Assembly: GCA_951406725.2 (NCBI GenBank)
Contig: OX597833.1
Span: forward strand, 38,998,001 to 39,062,000
DNA: 64,000 nt
Reading direction: 5' to 3'
DNA from: Octopus vulgaris
Lineage: Eukaryota
Shown one piece after another: positions 25,895 through 39,045 of the stretch. The translations under genes and the position numbers were made by a program. The notes under the pieces are model-generated. The model saw only the letters and a program-made list of their open reading frames with translations, searched no databases and was not told where the DNA came from. Numbering within the stretch: position 1 is the stretch's first letter; the number at the start of each line of letters is the position of its first letter.

Positions 25895-26281
25895 CTAGCA
25901 GTATCGCCCAGCATTGCTTGGGTTTGTTTCGACTCTTTAGAATTGGAATTTTTGAAAAATAAAAATTTTGCATTATGTAGCTTGTTATTCTCTTTAAGTG
26001 AACATTTTTCTGGTTGAAATACACCGAAAAATGGCGACTCAGCATAAAAAAAATTGTAAAAAATAGGGATTTTCATAGAAAAAAAGCACCTTTTTGATGT
26101 AAATAATTTTTGGTGTTAACATGGTCCGATTTGAATTTTTTCTTCTACGGAAGGAAGAGCAAGCCTTCTATCATACTCTCAATTTTGGTCAACTTGTACC
26201 GCAGGGTCTCGGAGGAGATGGTGTTAGTTGAAGGCTACCAAACCTGCCATACACAGACAACTTCAGTTTTATATATATAGA
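25895..26281 (-). mobile_element. Non-autonomous Helitron
   Basis: Minus strand begins TCtatatatataaaac and ends with hairpin cccaagcaatgctggg then CTAG|T. Confidence 0.85.
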
Positions 26282-27182
26282 CTTGTTTCAGTCATTGGAC
26301 TGTAACCATGCTGGAGCACCATCTTGAAGGGTTTTATAGAATAAATTGATCCCAGTAATTATTTTAAAGTCTGGTATTTATTCTATTGGTCTCTTTTGCC
26401 TAATCTCTAAGTTTTGGGGACATAAACAAACCAACAGTGTTTGTCAAATAACGGATGAGTGAGATAAACACAAATACAAAGACACACGCATACCCACATA
26501 CACTTGTGCGTGCACACACACACACACATGCACGTACACTCACGCACACACACATACATAAAATGGGCCTCCATACAGTTTCTATCTACCAGTGGCTATG
26601 TGGTAAGAAGCTCGCTTCCCAATCACAAGTTTCTGGGTTCAGTCCCACAGTGCGGCACCTTGGACAAGTGTCTTCAACTATAGCCTCAGGCCAACCAAAG
26701 CCTTTCGAGTGAATTTGGTAAATGGAAACTGAAAGAAGCCTGTCATATGTGTGTGTGTGTGTGTTTGTGTGTATTTATGTAAGTGTGTCTCTGTGTGTGT
26801 GTATTTTATGCGAGTGTGTCTGTGTTTGTCCCCTCCCATCATCACTTGACAACTGATGCTGGTGTGTTTATGTCCCTATAACCTAGCAGTTTGGCAAAAA
26901 AGGACCGATAGAATAAGTACTAAGCTTACAAAGAAGAAGTCTTGGCATTGCTTTCTTCAACTATAACCCTTTTAGGTGGTGCTCCAGCATGGCCACAGTC
27001 AAATGACTGAAACAAGTAAAAAAGAAAAAGAATAAGACATTAGTTGCCCAGGGCTATCAGGTATGTTAAGTAGAAGACTTAGCTTAGTATGCTAAGTAGA
27101 AGACATTTGCCCAAAGTGCCACTCAGTGGGACTGAACTTGAAAGTATGTGGTTGCCAAGCAAGCTTCTTAATCTCACAGCCA
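26282..27182 (-). mobile_element. CORE-like SINE containing a second, oppositely oriented copy at about 26592-27030
   Basis: Outer copy breaks after tctatctacc and resumes at about 27040; inner copy has complete head, core and tail on the + strand. Confidence 0.8.
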
Positions 27183-29084
27183 TTTCTACAAATGTATTAC
27201 TTCTAGATAAAAAAAAAAAACAACAACATTTTCTTGCTTAAGATCATAGATAGTGTCTATGATCTTGTTTAGGTTTGTAGAAGGGAGGGAAGAACATAGT
27301 CTCAAACCAGAGACCTGATCTGAATGGTTGTTATAACTTTTAGATTTCCTTAAAGATATCTAAGAACCAAGTAGTGGTATTAAGCCTGATAATGAATTAA
27401 CCTTTTAGACAAATCCAGCCTAAATATACCTGTCTTTTTTTTTTTATTCAAACAGGACAGACCAAGCCTCTCAAAGACACCCTACAATGTCATTCAGCAA
27501 CCAAACAATCACATCATCAAAATCTCAAAGCTATGAGATAATACATGATTAATTCAAAACCATGCAAATAGATTAACATTGCATTTGACAGAGTCATCCC
27601 AATGCTAAAGGGTTCATTCCAATTAGGCTATGAGAGGATTTGAATTCAAAATGTAAAGCACCAAAACAAATACTGCAAGGCATTTTCTTTAAGACGTTAA
27701 TGATTCTGCCACTCAGATGCCCTAGGCTGGTACTTTAGTTGTCAACCCCAGAAAGATGAAAGACAAACTTGATCATTGTTGAATTTGACAAAGGACAGAT
27801 ATCTGGCACATTGCTGTACTTAAGAAACGTGTCCACCACAGCAGAATTGATACTGGTGTTTGTGCCACATAAAAAGCACTGGTGTTGATGTCACAAAAAG
27901 CACTGATGCTGGTTCCACATAGAAAGTACTGGTGCTGGTTCCACATAAAAAGCATTCCTGCTGGTGTTACATAAAAAGCATCCAGTACACATTGTGAAGT
28001 GGTTGGTGTTAAGAAGGACATCCAGCCATAAAAACCATGTCAAAACAGACAATGGGGCCTTACCAGCTCCAGTCAAACTGTTCAAAGTTAACCTTGGTAG
28101 AATTTGAACTTAGAACATAAAGATGGATGAAATATTGCTAAGCATTTTGCTTGGTATGCTAACAATTCTGCTAGCTCACTGCCTTAGTTTAATTAAATGA
28201 TAATAAAACTAAGCCATTAATTAACCATTCATTATTTCACAGCCTTGAGTTTATGAAGATGTGATTGTTTATTTTTCGAATGACACTGTAAGGTAGAAGG
28301 TAGGGGTGAGAGGCTGGTTCTGGCCAGTTTGGTCATAAAATAGGAGGATATTTGGACTGAATATGGCCCCTTTAAATGCTCAAGGATTAAAAGATAGGAG
28401 TGTTTTGGTAGTATTTTACATTTGTTGAAAATAGTACAATGAATGGAATTTTTATTTTATTGGTAGTAGGAAATTTTTTGAAATAGCTTAAAGGTCAAAA
28501 ACCATATTTAAGGATAAAAGGCAACATGAATAGGTGAGAAAAAGTAAGGTGAGAAAAAAAATACACACACACACACATTTATATCATCATCGTCATCATC
28601 ATTATCATCATCATTTAATGCCTGTTATCCTTGCTGACATGGGTTGGATGGCTCAGTAAGAACTGATGATCCAGGGGGCTGCACTAAGCTCTACTTTGGT
28701 ATTGTTTCTTCACCTGGATGCCCTTCCTAATGCCAACCACTACATAGAATGTGTGTTGCTTTTTATGTGGTGCTAGTACTGGTGAGGTCACCAAGTACCC
28801 TTCACAAGACAAGACCTCCCTCAACTGACTAGAATATAATACTGAGAGATATAAATGTATGATACAAGGACAGGAGCAGATGTTTTGCTGAAGAGAAATG
28901 TGAGATCACAGTGCAAGATCAATGAGAATATATACAATTATTAAGTAAAAGGGTAATTATAGATAAAAAAATGTATAAGAAAATAATAAATGAAAATTAA
29001 AAATAAGTAAATGTAAGCCAGTATTCTTTTTGCTGTTTTTGCAAATTCTCACAACTCTGTTGTCATCCATTTCCATTATCAAGA

Positions 29085-29298
29085 GTGGTGAGCTGGTAGA
29101 ATTGTTAGCACACCAGGTGAAAAACTTAACAGTATTTCATGTCTCTATGTTCTGAGTTCAAATTCTACTGAGGTTCACTTTACTTTGCATCCATTTGGAG
29201 TTGATAAAGTAAGTACCAGTTGAGTACTGAGGTCAATGTAACTGACTATCCCTCTTCCCCTAAAATTCAGGCCTTATGACTAAAGTAGAAAGAATTAT
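29085..29298 (+). mobile_element. Meta/Nin-like SINE
   Basis: A box gagctggtagaattgttag, B box gagttcaaattc, central domain, tail agaaagaattatta. Confidence 0.8.
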
Positions 29299-30019
29299 TA
29301 TGAATTTGAATTGGGAGCTTGAGTTATAGTGAATCTTTCATTAGCTGATTATATAACCATGAGCGCCACCTGTATGGATGCGATGCAGTTACTCTGTTGG
29401 AAGAGCTTGGTGATCCTAACCATTGATTTTCTAGGTATGCAGGTATTTTGGGTAATGACTATGCCCTGCATAGTTACGGGTTACCCTTAGGCAAGGCATA
29501 GCAATTGTTCAGCCACTCTACCACAGGTGAGGTGAAGTCATGGGACTGGACCATGGCAGATTTGGAAGAGGTAGTGAAAGAGCTCAGCTGAACCAAAACT
29601 GCTTCTTACATTGATGCTGGTATAAGTGAGTTAAAGAAATGAATAAAAAAATAATTTAGTGAAAGTGGGCTGATATTTGGTGCATATGAATAAAAAGAAC
29701 CATGAGGTGTTCAGGGAGCTGGTTACATAGATTGAAGTTTAAAAGGTTTTATTCTAAAAGGTATTAAGATATTAACTGGAATTTGTGTCAGCTACTCACA
29801 ACATTAGTGGAAGTTTTATTCAGGTTTTCTTCAATCAAAGGCCAAGAATCCCCATGGAAAAGGACCCCAAAAAACCAAAATACATCTGCCATTCTCCTCT
29901 CATTGCAGCTGGGACAAACTTTTGTCTCACTCTGATCTTTATTGTGCTTTCTACACAGTATGTCCAAAAGTGATGTTATCTTGGGACAGATACTGCTGGA
30001 ACTGACCTTTCGATGTTGT

Positions 30020-30442
30020 ATCATCATCATCATCATCATCATTTAACGTCCGCTTTCCATGCTAGCATGGGTTGGACGGTTCAACTGGGGTCTGGGGAGC
30101 CCGAAGGCTGCACCAGGCCAGTCAGATCTGGCAGTGTTTCTACAGCTGGATGCCCATCCTAACGCCAACCACTCCGAGAGTGTAGTGGGTGATTTTATGT
30201 GCCACCGACACAGGTGCCAGACGAGGTTGGCAAACGGCCACGCTCGGATGGTGTTTTTATGTGCCACCGACACAGGTGCCAGACGAGGCTGGCGAACGGC
30301 CACGCTCGGATGGTGTTTTTATGTGCCACCGACACAGGTGCCAGACGAGGCTGACGAACGGCCACGATCGGATGGTGTTTCTTACGTGCCCACAGCATGG
30401 AGGCCAGTCGATGCGGTACTGGCTACGGCCACGTTCGGATGG
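30020..30442 (-). mobile_element. Young RTE-tailed SINE-like element with 3 x 62-bp internal tandem repeat
   Basis: ttttatgtgccaccgacacaggtgccagacgagg... at 30193, 30255, 30317; CpGs retained. Confidence 0.85.
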
Positions 30443-30811
30443 TTTATATACATAAAATGTTGCTCCAGCATGACCACTGTCACATGACTAAAATGAATAA
30501 ATTAGACCAAAAGAAATGAATATAAATCTATATAAAAGCTTATTATGGTAATCTAAAATCTTGCAGTTAGGTATATAATCATGGGTGGGAGTGTATTTTT
30601 AGAAAATGCTTACAAATTAAACAAGAATATTATTGACTGCAGTCTGACAATGGCTGAAACTTTGAAGTCACTGTCAATAAAATTCTTGTTTAAGGATAAT
30701 AAATTCGTACTCTACAAAAGTATAGAGTAACTCATCAGAGTAGTGTAAAATTTTATTGTAACTGAATATAAAAACAAACATTAATATATATATATATTTA
30801 TAAAGGATAAA

Positions 30812-31143
30812 GGCCCCTTTGATCATGAATGACCATGGGATTGCACCTAGAAAGTTACTCTCCAAGGCACAAGTCTGGACAAGGTTGTTTTATAGAAGAC
30901 CAGCAGTTGCCCATGCATACCAGCGTCCCCTCTTCATGCCACCAATGTTATCCAATGGAAAAAGCAAAGGCTGATACAGCTTGGCTTCAGGGACATTGCA
31001 GCTCATTTCTACAGCTGAGTGAACTGGAGTAATGTGAAATAAAGTGTCTTGCTTAAGAACACAGCACACAACCTGATCCAGGAATTGAACTCACTACCTC
31101 ATGACTGTGAGCCCAGTTCTCTAACCATTGAGCCATGCACCTT
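30812..31143 (-). mobile_element. tRNA-derived SINE (family of 9981-10315)
   Basis: Reverse complement colinear with 9981-10315. Confidence 0.85.
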
Positions 31144-31729
31144 CATATTATATGTATATTTGTATGTATATATAAAGATAGTATTTTGGTAAAAATAATA
31201 TAATATAGAGATCTGTGAAAGGAATTTGTTTCAGAAATTTATAAGAGCTTAATACAGTTACATAAAACAAGTCTTCATATTTATATCTTGTGTATAGATG
31301 TGTGTATACACGTGCATATGTGTATGCAAGCATGAGTACAAGGGATATGTGTGTGCATAGTGATACAAGTATACATGTCCATAAAAACCTTTTGGTATTC
31401 ACAGATATCTATATATGTATACACATACGCATAAAATGTATGCTAACAAAAAATTATTTTCATACAGTACATTTTCATAAGGATGTATGAACAAAAACAC
31501 GCTCATATGAATATATAACTACATATGTATCAATAAGTTACATATACAGGGATATATACACATTATAAATACATAATGAACATATTGATAAATGCAAATA
31601 CTGACACTAATTTGCTAATAGGCTTACTTATTCAGGAATATAAAAGTATAGGTTCATAAGCTACATGAAAAGGAATACTTACATATCCATACATGTACTT
31701 ACTGGCATAAATATACATACATACCTACC

Positions 31730-31806
<77 letters not shown>

Positions 31807-32101
31807 AATATATATATATTATACATATATATATATATATAATATATATATATTATACATATATATATATATATGTATATACCATATATATATGTGTGCA
31901 TATATATATATATGTCGTTTTTGGATTTGGTTTGCAAGATTCTTTATATGAGTTTGTTTGTTGAAGCATATTCTGTTGTGTCTGGGGAGAGTAATTTTCT
32001 TTTTGTGCCTTATAATGTAACATACTCACAGGTAAAATTTCCACTTATTTCTTATTTTTTTAAATTTCTTATTTTTTAAAAATAAAAATAAAAAAAAGAA
32101 A

Positions 32102-32516
32102 TAGGCGCAGGAGTGGCTGTGTGGTAAGTAGCTTGCTAACCAGCCACATGGTTCCGGGTTCAGTCCCACTGCGTGGCATCTTGGGCAAGTGTCTTCTGCT
32201 ATAGCCTCGGGCCGACCAACGCCTTGTGAGTGGATTTGGTAGACGGAAACTGAAAGAAGCCTGTCGTATATATGTATATATATATATATATGAGTGTGTG
32301 TGTGTATATGTTTGTGTGTCTGTGTTTGTCCTCCTAGCATTGCTTGACAACCGATGCTTGACAACCGGTGTGTTTACGTCCCCGTCACTTAGCGGTTCGG
32401 CAAAAGAGACCGATAGAATAAGTACTGGGCTTACAAAAGAATAAGTCCCGGGGTCGATTTGCTCGACTAAAGGCGGTGCTCCAGCATGGCCACAGTCAAA
32501 TGACTGAAACAAGTAA
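32102..32516 (+). mobile_element. Full-length CORE-like SINE (OR2-like)
   Basis: Head ggcgcaggagtggctgtgtggtaag...gggttcagtccc, core ggcatcttgggcaagtgtcttc, central TA/TG tract, tail gactgaaacaagtaaaa. Confidence 0.9.
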
Positions 32517-32721
32517 AAAAAAAAGTAAAAAAAGTAAATGGAAATTTTACCGGTGAGTGTGTTACATTATAAGGCACAAAAAGAAAATGACTCTCCCCAG
32601 ACACAACAGTATATATATATATATATATATATACACATGCATACATACGTACATATATATCATTTGTAAAAGACTTAAATCTGAAAGAAGAAGCACATTC
32701 TAACATTGTAGAATAGTATAT

Positions 32722-32920
32722 ATTAAAAATGGGGAAGGGTGGTTTATGGGATTACCTTAGGTTTCCCATCCATAAAGGGTTTAGCTTTATCACATATTAT
32801 CAGATTCCAAAAACCTGTTGGCATAAGAGGTTTTTGTGATCTTACTATATGATATAAAGCTAAACCTTTTATGGACGGGAAACCTAAGGTAATCCCATAA
32901 ACTGGTCTTCCCCATTTTTA

Positions 32921-32922
<2 letters not shown>
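32722..32922. mobile_element. Foldback (near-palindromic) MITE in TA context
   Basis: attaaaaatggggaag...gggattaccttaggtttccc...tttagctttat mirrored by ataaagctaaa...gggaaacctaaggtaatccc...cttccccatttttaat. Confidence 0.85.
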
Positions 32923-32977
<55 letters not shown>

Positions 32978-33413
32978 CATATATATTATATCGTTCAAAT
33001 TTGCAGAAAACAAAAGATGAAGACAGGTGAGGGAAGAACAAGCAGGTGTATTAGTTTAATGCTTGGGAAGAATGGAAAAGTCTTGGACATCTCGAGCCTA
33101 TACTCTTCAACAAAAAGGATTGAGAAGGACAAAAATGGAGAGAGAATGAAAAAAAAAAATGGAAAGAGAAAAAAACGTGTAGGGATTAATGGTTCAACAT
33201 GATGAAATGGGTGGAATAACCATGTATACATGCATACATACATACTTTCTTTCACCTGAGGATGTAGCTTAAATTCTACATTATATTGAAGGATTTTTTG
33301 TCATTTTATTAATGCAGGCATGTAAGTAATTTATTTATTTTTGATTATAATAATATAAATTATTTACATGTTTTTAAGTTATGAAACAATCAAACTAACT
33401 CTTTGTCATTTAT

Positions 33414-33464
<51 letters not shown>

Positions 33465-33779
33465 TATATTTATGCCGACTCTTTCGCCACAACTTTCTCT
33501 CACTCTTTCCTCCTGCATCTTACAGCTCACCTGTGACAGACATACGCCAAAGAAACTGGGAAACCAGCCCTAATGAGCCAGGCATGGCTTAAGAAGGAAG
33601 AAACAACAATATTTGATAGAATAATTTGAATGCTACAGGGTTAAGGTAGAGTATCACTAAAAGGAAATTTGGTTGTTATTTCTAGTAGTTTATTAATGAT
33701 TAGAATTCCTTTTGAAGCTAGTGCTTTTCAGGGTGTGTATGTGTTGAGACAGTACTTCTCTATGGAACCCAAAACTGAA

Positions 33780-34225
33780 CTATGAATAAGGAGCTTCAAC
33801 ATCATCTTTAGTCAATTTTGTTATATGGTTCTGAAACTTGGACCCTCACCAAAATCTTGAAAAACAAATAGACAGCTGCTACTGAAGAATGTTAAGAATG
33901 GCCCTGAATGTTACATGGAGAGCTCATTTAACCAGCGAGCAGCTTTATCAAAATCTACCCAACATGATTGAGAAGATTCAGCAGAGAAGAAAGAGAATTG
34001 CTGGTCAATGCATCAGGCACCCAGAAGAACCTGTGTGTTAACTGGTCTTATGGTAGTCGGTTGGAGGAAGAATCAGTAAGAGGAGAAATCATCTAACCTA
34101 AGTGGACAACCTGCTTCAGGTCAGAGGAATGGCAAATGTTGACAAATTAAGAACATTCATGGGGGACTGTGATGGATGGCATGCTTGTGTGAAATCATTG
34201 AAGCATTTGAAGGATGGCCAAACTA
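33780..34225 (+). mobile_element. RTE LINE 3' ORF remnant
   Basis: LLYGSETWTLTK...IDSCY*RMLRMALNVTW...IQQRRKRIAGQCIRHPEEP...LVLW. Confidence 0.85.
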
Positions 34226-34478
34226 ACTGACTCATGGTGGATACACTATGCTTTGAGTGAGGGTTCTAATTATGGTGTGAGCTCAAGGCCAAATAATAGA
34301 TTTATGGATACATTCCACCCAAACCTACTTTGCTCAATGCAGGGTAGGCTTTATTGCCCACTGCTATCAGCTGAGCATCAAGCTGTATTAGTTGATATAT
34401 TTTGGAGATTTTTTCACTCTGATATATGATTAAAGCCACTAAATCACATTGATGTTATTGGCAGAGACAAGCAACATG

Positions 34479-34729
34479 TATGAGGGTGTGCTGATCATCT
34501 CGTATTTTATTTTACCCAAAACCAAGAACTCTTGGTTTTGGGTAAAAGAAAATACAAGATGATCAGTTAGTTATGATTTTATTCAACATATTCCCCTCTT
34601 AGATTCACACATTTACTGCTGTAGTCCTTCAGTTTTTCTAAATCCTGTTAAAGAACTTGGAAGGTTGGACTTCCAACCAGGCCTTTTACAATACCCTTAA
34701 AACTAGGAACTATTTAGCACCCTCTTGTA
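34479..34729. mobile_element. Mariner-type MITE
   Basis: Ends tatgagggtgtgctga / ttagcaccctcttgta with TA flanks; second copy 34911-35111. Confidence 0.8.
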
Positions 34730-34842
34730 TCTATAGCTCTAGGTGAGTGAGCATGTGTTTGTGTTTGAGTATGCATTGTATGTGAATGTGTGTGTGTGTG
34801 TGTTTGTTTGTGTTTGTGTGTGTGTGTGTGTGTGTGTTTGTT

Positions 34843-34884
<42 letters not shown>

Positions 34885-34910
34885 TGTGTGTGTGGTTGTG
34901 TATTCATATG

Positions 34911-35111
34911 TATGATGGGGTGTTGAAAAGTTCCTGGCTTTGGGTAAAAGAACATACAGGAGGATCAGTTAATTATGATTTTATTCAACATATTCCCCTT
35001 TCAGATTTACACACTTATTGCAGCGGTCCTTCAGTTTTTCTAAACCATGTAAAAGAACTCAAGCCTTTTGCAATACCCTTAAACCCAGGAACTTTTCAGC
35101 ACTCCTTTGTA
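34911..35111. mobile_element. Mariner-type MITE, second copy
   Basis: ggggtgttgaaaagttcctgg ... ccaggaacttttcagcactcc; partial copy at 57317-57420. Confidence 0.8.
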
Positions 35112-35737
35112 ACATGTTCTTGAGGACTTTACCAAAGCTTAAGGAGAACAGATATTCCTGGTGCACTCTTTGGTAAAAAAAAACACACCTCAGTTTCTGG
35201 TTCTTGGAAAAGAAGAAAGAAAAAAGTAGATTTTCTGAAGGGGTTTTTTGGCACTACATGGAACAAAGTGGAGGGTCCTTTAGGCCCCCAGTTTGTAAAT
35301 GAATTGGGGGTGGATATGATAGATTTGATGGAAATGAAACTGTCTATTTAGGGAATGAGATGGAGAAAGAAAAGCAATTATGGGAAGTACTTGAATATTA
35401 ACATTATTTTGACATGGATATTAAGTAATAAATCTGATGATGATGATGATGGTGATGATGATAGTGGTGGTGGTGGTGGTGGTACTGATGAGGATGATGG
35501 TGATGATGATTGTATCATGAACATTTTCGAGTTTTAATTTATTTGCTTTTCTAAATAGCAGATATATATATGTATATAAATAATGTTCTTTACTAACAAC
35601 ACTAACACCATCACCATCTCCAACAACACCCACAACACTGACTTTACAAATGCTTTGAATTACTAGAGCATGTTGTAATCTGGCTAAGAATAAGAATACA
35701 ACACCAACAACAGCAGCAGCACCATCATCATCAACAT

Positions 35738-35768
<31 letters not shown>

Positions 35769-36880
35769 AGTAGCAGTAATAACGCTAACAATAATAAATT
35801 CCAAAAATGTTTAATAAAGTAAAAAGATCAGAGTAAATGACTTCAAGTTAATTGAATTTTTGATATATTGGGGCAAAAATTAATATAGATTCCCAATTGA
35901 ACAATTATCCATGTAAGATACTGAAAGGTAACAGAAAAAAAAAGAAAGAAAAGAAAAGAAGAAAAATAGAAAAAAGAAAGGAAAAAGAAATGGAAAAAAG
36001 AAAGGAAGGAAGGAAACAAAAAAGGAAGAAGGAAAAATGAAAGAAATGAAAGAATTTCAATTAAGCAAAGCTGAAACTGTGATCTCTGAGTTAAAAGCAA
36101 AAGCAGCTGTTTGTGCAGAAATGAATAAAGACATATATAAAAATCATAAATTCTATTGGTGCGTCTCAATTAAAAATTCTTTAGAAGAAGAAGAGGAAGA
36201 AGAGGAAGAAAAATAAATAGATAACATTAATAATGATAATAATGTTGACGTTCATCATGGGATGAATTTGAAGTAAACGTACAAACAACAACAGCAATAA
36301 CAAGAGCAGTAGCAGTAGCAGCAGTAGCAGCAGCAGCAGTAAACAATAATAACAGTAATGAAAGAGAAAGAGAAAAGACAAACAAAAAAAAGAAAAAGAA
36401 AAAAACATCAACTATAAAAATCAATTAATAATAAATAAATGAACGTTAATAAATAAATGAAAATAACAAGAGAGAAAACAAACAAACAAATAGTAAATAA
36501 TTATAAATTAAATCTGAAAACTTTCATAAATTTTCTAAAGCAGATTTTTGAATGGATACAAACAAATGCTCAAATTTTACTGTTTTTCCCTCCTCTTACC
36601 TCACCTCACCTCATTGCACTGCTTTTAGAACACCAACCTATATAGATTTATATTGTTGTTGTCATAACAACAACAACAACAAAAAAACAACAACAATAAT
36701 AATGATATTAATGGTTTCAAATTTGGGCACAAGGCCAGCAATTTTGGGGGAGGGAGTCAAGTCTATTACATCAACCCCAGTGTTCATTTAGTACTTATTT
36801 TATCAACCCTGAAAGGATGAAAGCAAAGTTGACCTTGGTGGAAATTGAACTCAGAATGCAAAGATGGATGAAACCTAATT

Positions 36881-36912
<32 letters not shown>

Positions 36913-36964
36913 CGTAGTAGTAGTAGTAGTAGTAGTAGTAATGATGATGATGATAATGATGATG

Positions 36965-37410
36965 ATGGGTTACAGCAAATATTCTCCTCAATACCACAGA
37001 TCTGCCTGTCACTTCCTTGACCTTAACCAGTTGAGTATGTCCCTGGTAGCTGATGATATGTGCATTTCTGATCATGAGCAGAAGTAGTGGGGGAGCATCA
37101 TAGCCATGTGTTGAGAGAAATTCTTTGGGGTTTGGATAATTCACCTCTGGAAACATGGGTGGTTCTTTCAACATCCTTAAACAATCCTTATTCAAGGATC
37201 TTTTGAGTGGGATGGGCTACTTGAACTGAAGAAAATTCTAACTGGGCCCCATCTGTGCTGTTTATCTTGATATGAGATCATCATGTCGCGCACATATGGT
37301 TGTGATGCATGAGCCTGACAAGTAGTCATGATGGGTATATCGGGCTTTGTATATTTTATCCCAGTGTCACTTTGATGGCATGCACTGCTCTCTCACTCAG
37401 TAATAATAAT
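36965..37410 (+). mobile_element. Unclassified non-coding retroposon with (AAT)n tail, longer copy
   Basis: 3' part colinear with 3391-3750. Confidence 0.7.
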
Positions 37411-37431
37411 GATAATAAGCATAATAATAAT

Positions 37432-38010
37432 GCTTTCAAATTTTGGTGCAAGGCCAGCAAATTCAGGGAAGTGGGTTAGTCAATTACATCAACTTCAGTC
37501 CTCAACTGGTACTTATATTGACCCCGAAAGGATGAAAGAGAAAGCCAACCTCTGCAGAATTTGAACTCAGAATGTAAAGAAAGACAAAATGCTGCTAAGC
37601 ATGTTGTCTTACCTTAAGCCTAAATGATTTTGCCAGCTTGCCACCAAGCACAAGGCCTTAAATTTTGGGAGCTTAACAGGTACTTATTTTCCCCGACCTC
37701 AAAGTGATGAAAAGCAAAGTTGACCTTTGGTGGAGTTTAAACCCAGGATGTAAAGATGGATGAAATGCAGCTAAACGTTTTGCCCTACATTACTAATGAT
37801 TTTGTCACTTTGCTGCATTTTACCCAGCATACTACGATGATTCTGTCAGCTTGCCATCTTTCTAAGAGAAGTACAAGGCCTGAACTTCAGTACAGGTGGG
37901 GGTTAGTTGATAACATCAACTCCAGTAATATGACTATCACCTTTATTTTATTGACCTTGAAAGGACGGAAACAAAGCTGACTTGATGAGATTTGAACTCA
38001 GAATGAAAAA
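37432..38010 (-). mobile_element. Tandem array of three Meta/Nin-like SINEs
   Basis: Repeated central domain and B box, as at 11732-12565. Confidence 0.75.
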
Positions 38011-38479
38011 GCAGGAATGAATAATGTCGACAATGACGACAATGACAATGATGATGATGGTAACAATGATGAGGAGGATAATAATAATTAGTGCAGTAGA
38101 TTATCAGACTCATCATCATCATCATTATATTCATTGTCATTGTCGTAGTTGTCGACATTATCATCATCATCGTCCTCTAGCTCCTCCTGCTTCCTCTTCT
38201 CCTCCTCCCCTCCTCTTCCTCCTCCAACTTCCTCCCCTTTTTTTCACCACCTCCTTCTCTTCTACCACCTCCACCTCCACCTCTTCTTGTTTCTCTACTT
38301 CCTCCTCCTTCTTCCTCTTCTAACACCTCCTCCTCTTGCTCCTTCTTTCCTCCTCTACCTCATCCTCTACTTCCTCTTCCTACTCATCCCTGCATTCACT
38401 ACTCTTTCTCCTCATCCCCACATCCACTCCTCCTCCTTATCATCATCATCATCATCATCATCATCATACTCAACAACCT

Positions 38480-39045
38480 CTGGTGCAATGAAAATGTATT
38501 GGCATGGGTACTGGTGTCATATAAAAGGCACTGGTGTGGGTGCCACATGAAAAACACTGGTGCAGGTGCTATGTAAAAACACTGGCACTGGTGTAACGTG
38601 AAAAGTACCCAGTAAACTTTGTTGAGTGGTTGGTGTTAGGAAGGGTATCCAGCTGTAGAAACCAAACCAAAACAGACTATAGAACCTGGTGCAACTCCTG
38701 CCTTGCCAGTTCCTGTCAAGGCATCCAAATCATGCCAGCATGGAAAATAGATGTTAAATGTTGATGATGATTGGCATTAGGAAGGGCATCCAGCCATAGA
38801 AATCATGCCAAATCAGATTGGGACCTGGTGTAACCTTGGTGTTAGGAAGGGCATCCAGCCATAGAAACCATGCAAAATCAGACTGGAACATGGTATAGCT
38901 TTGGTGTTAGGAAGGGCATCCAGCCATAGAAAGCAAGCCAAATCAGATTGGAATCTGGTGCAGCTCTAGAGCTTACCATTTTTCAGTCAAATTGTCCAAT
39001 CCATGCCAGCATAGAAAGCAGATATTAAATGATGATGATGATGAT
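38480..39045 (+). mobile_element. Two RTE-tailed SINE-like copies; the second has 3 x 65-bp tandem units
   Basis: ttgg..ttaggaagggcatccagccatagaaa at 38771, 38836, 38901. Confidence 0.8.

Noticed and set aside
27853-27985. Short regularly spaced repeats resembling a CRISPR array
   Set aside because: Contiguous degenerate units with no unique spacers, inside a SINE family, no cas genes, eukaryotic context
37045-37080. C/D-box-like TGATGA...CTGA
   Set aside because: Boxes are only about 11 nt apart and lie inside an interspersed repeat; too short for a snoRNA
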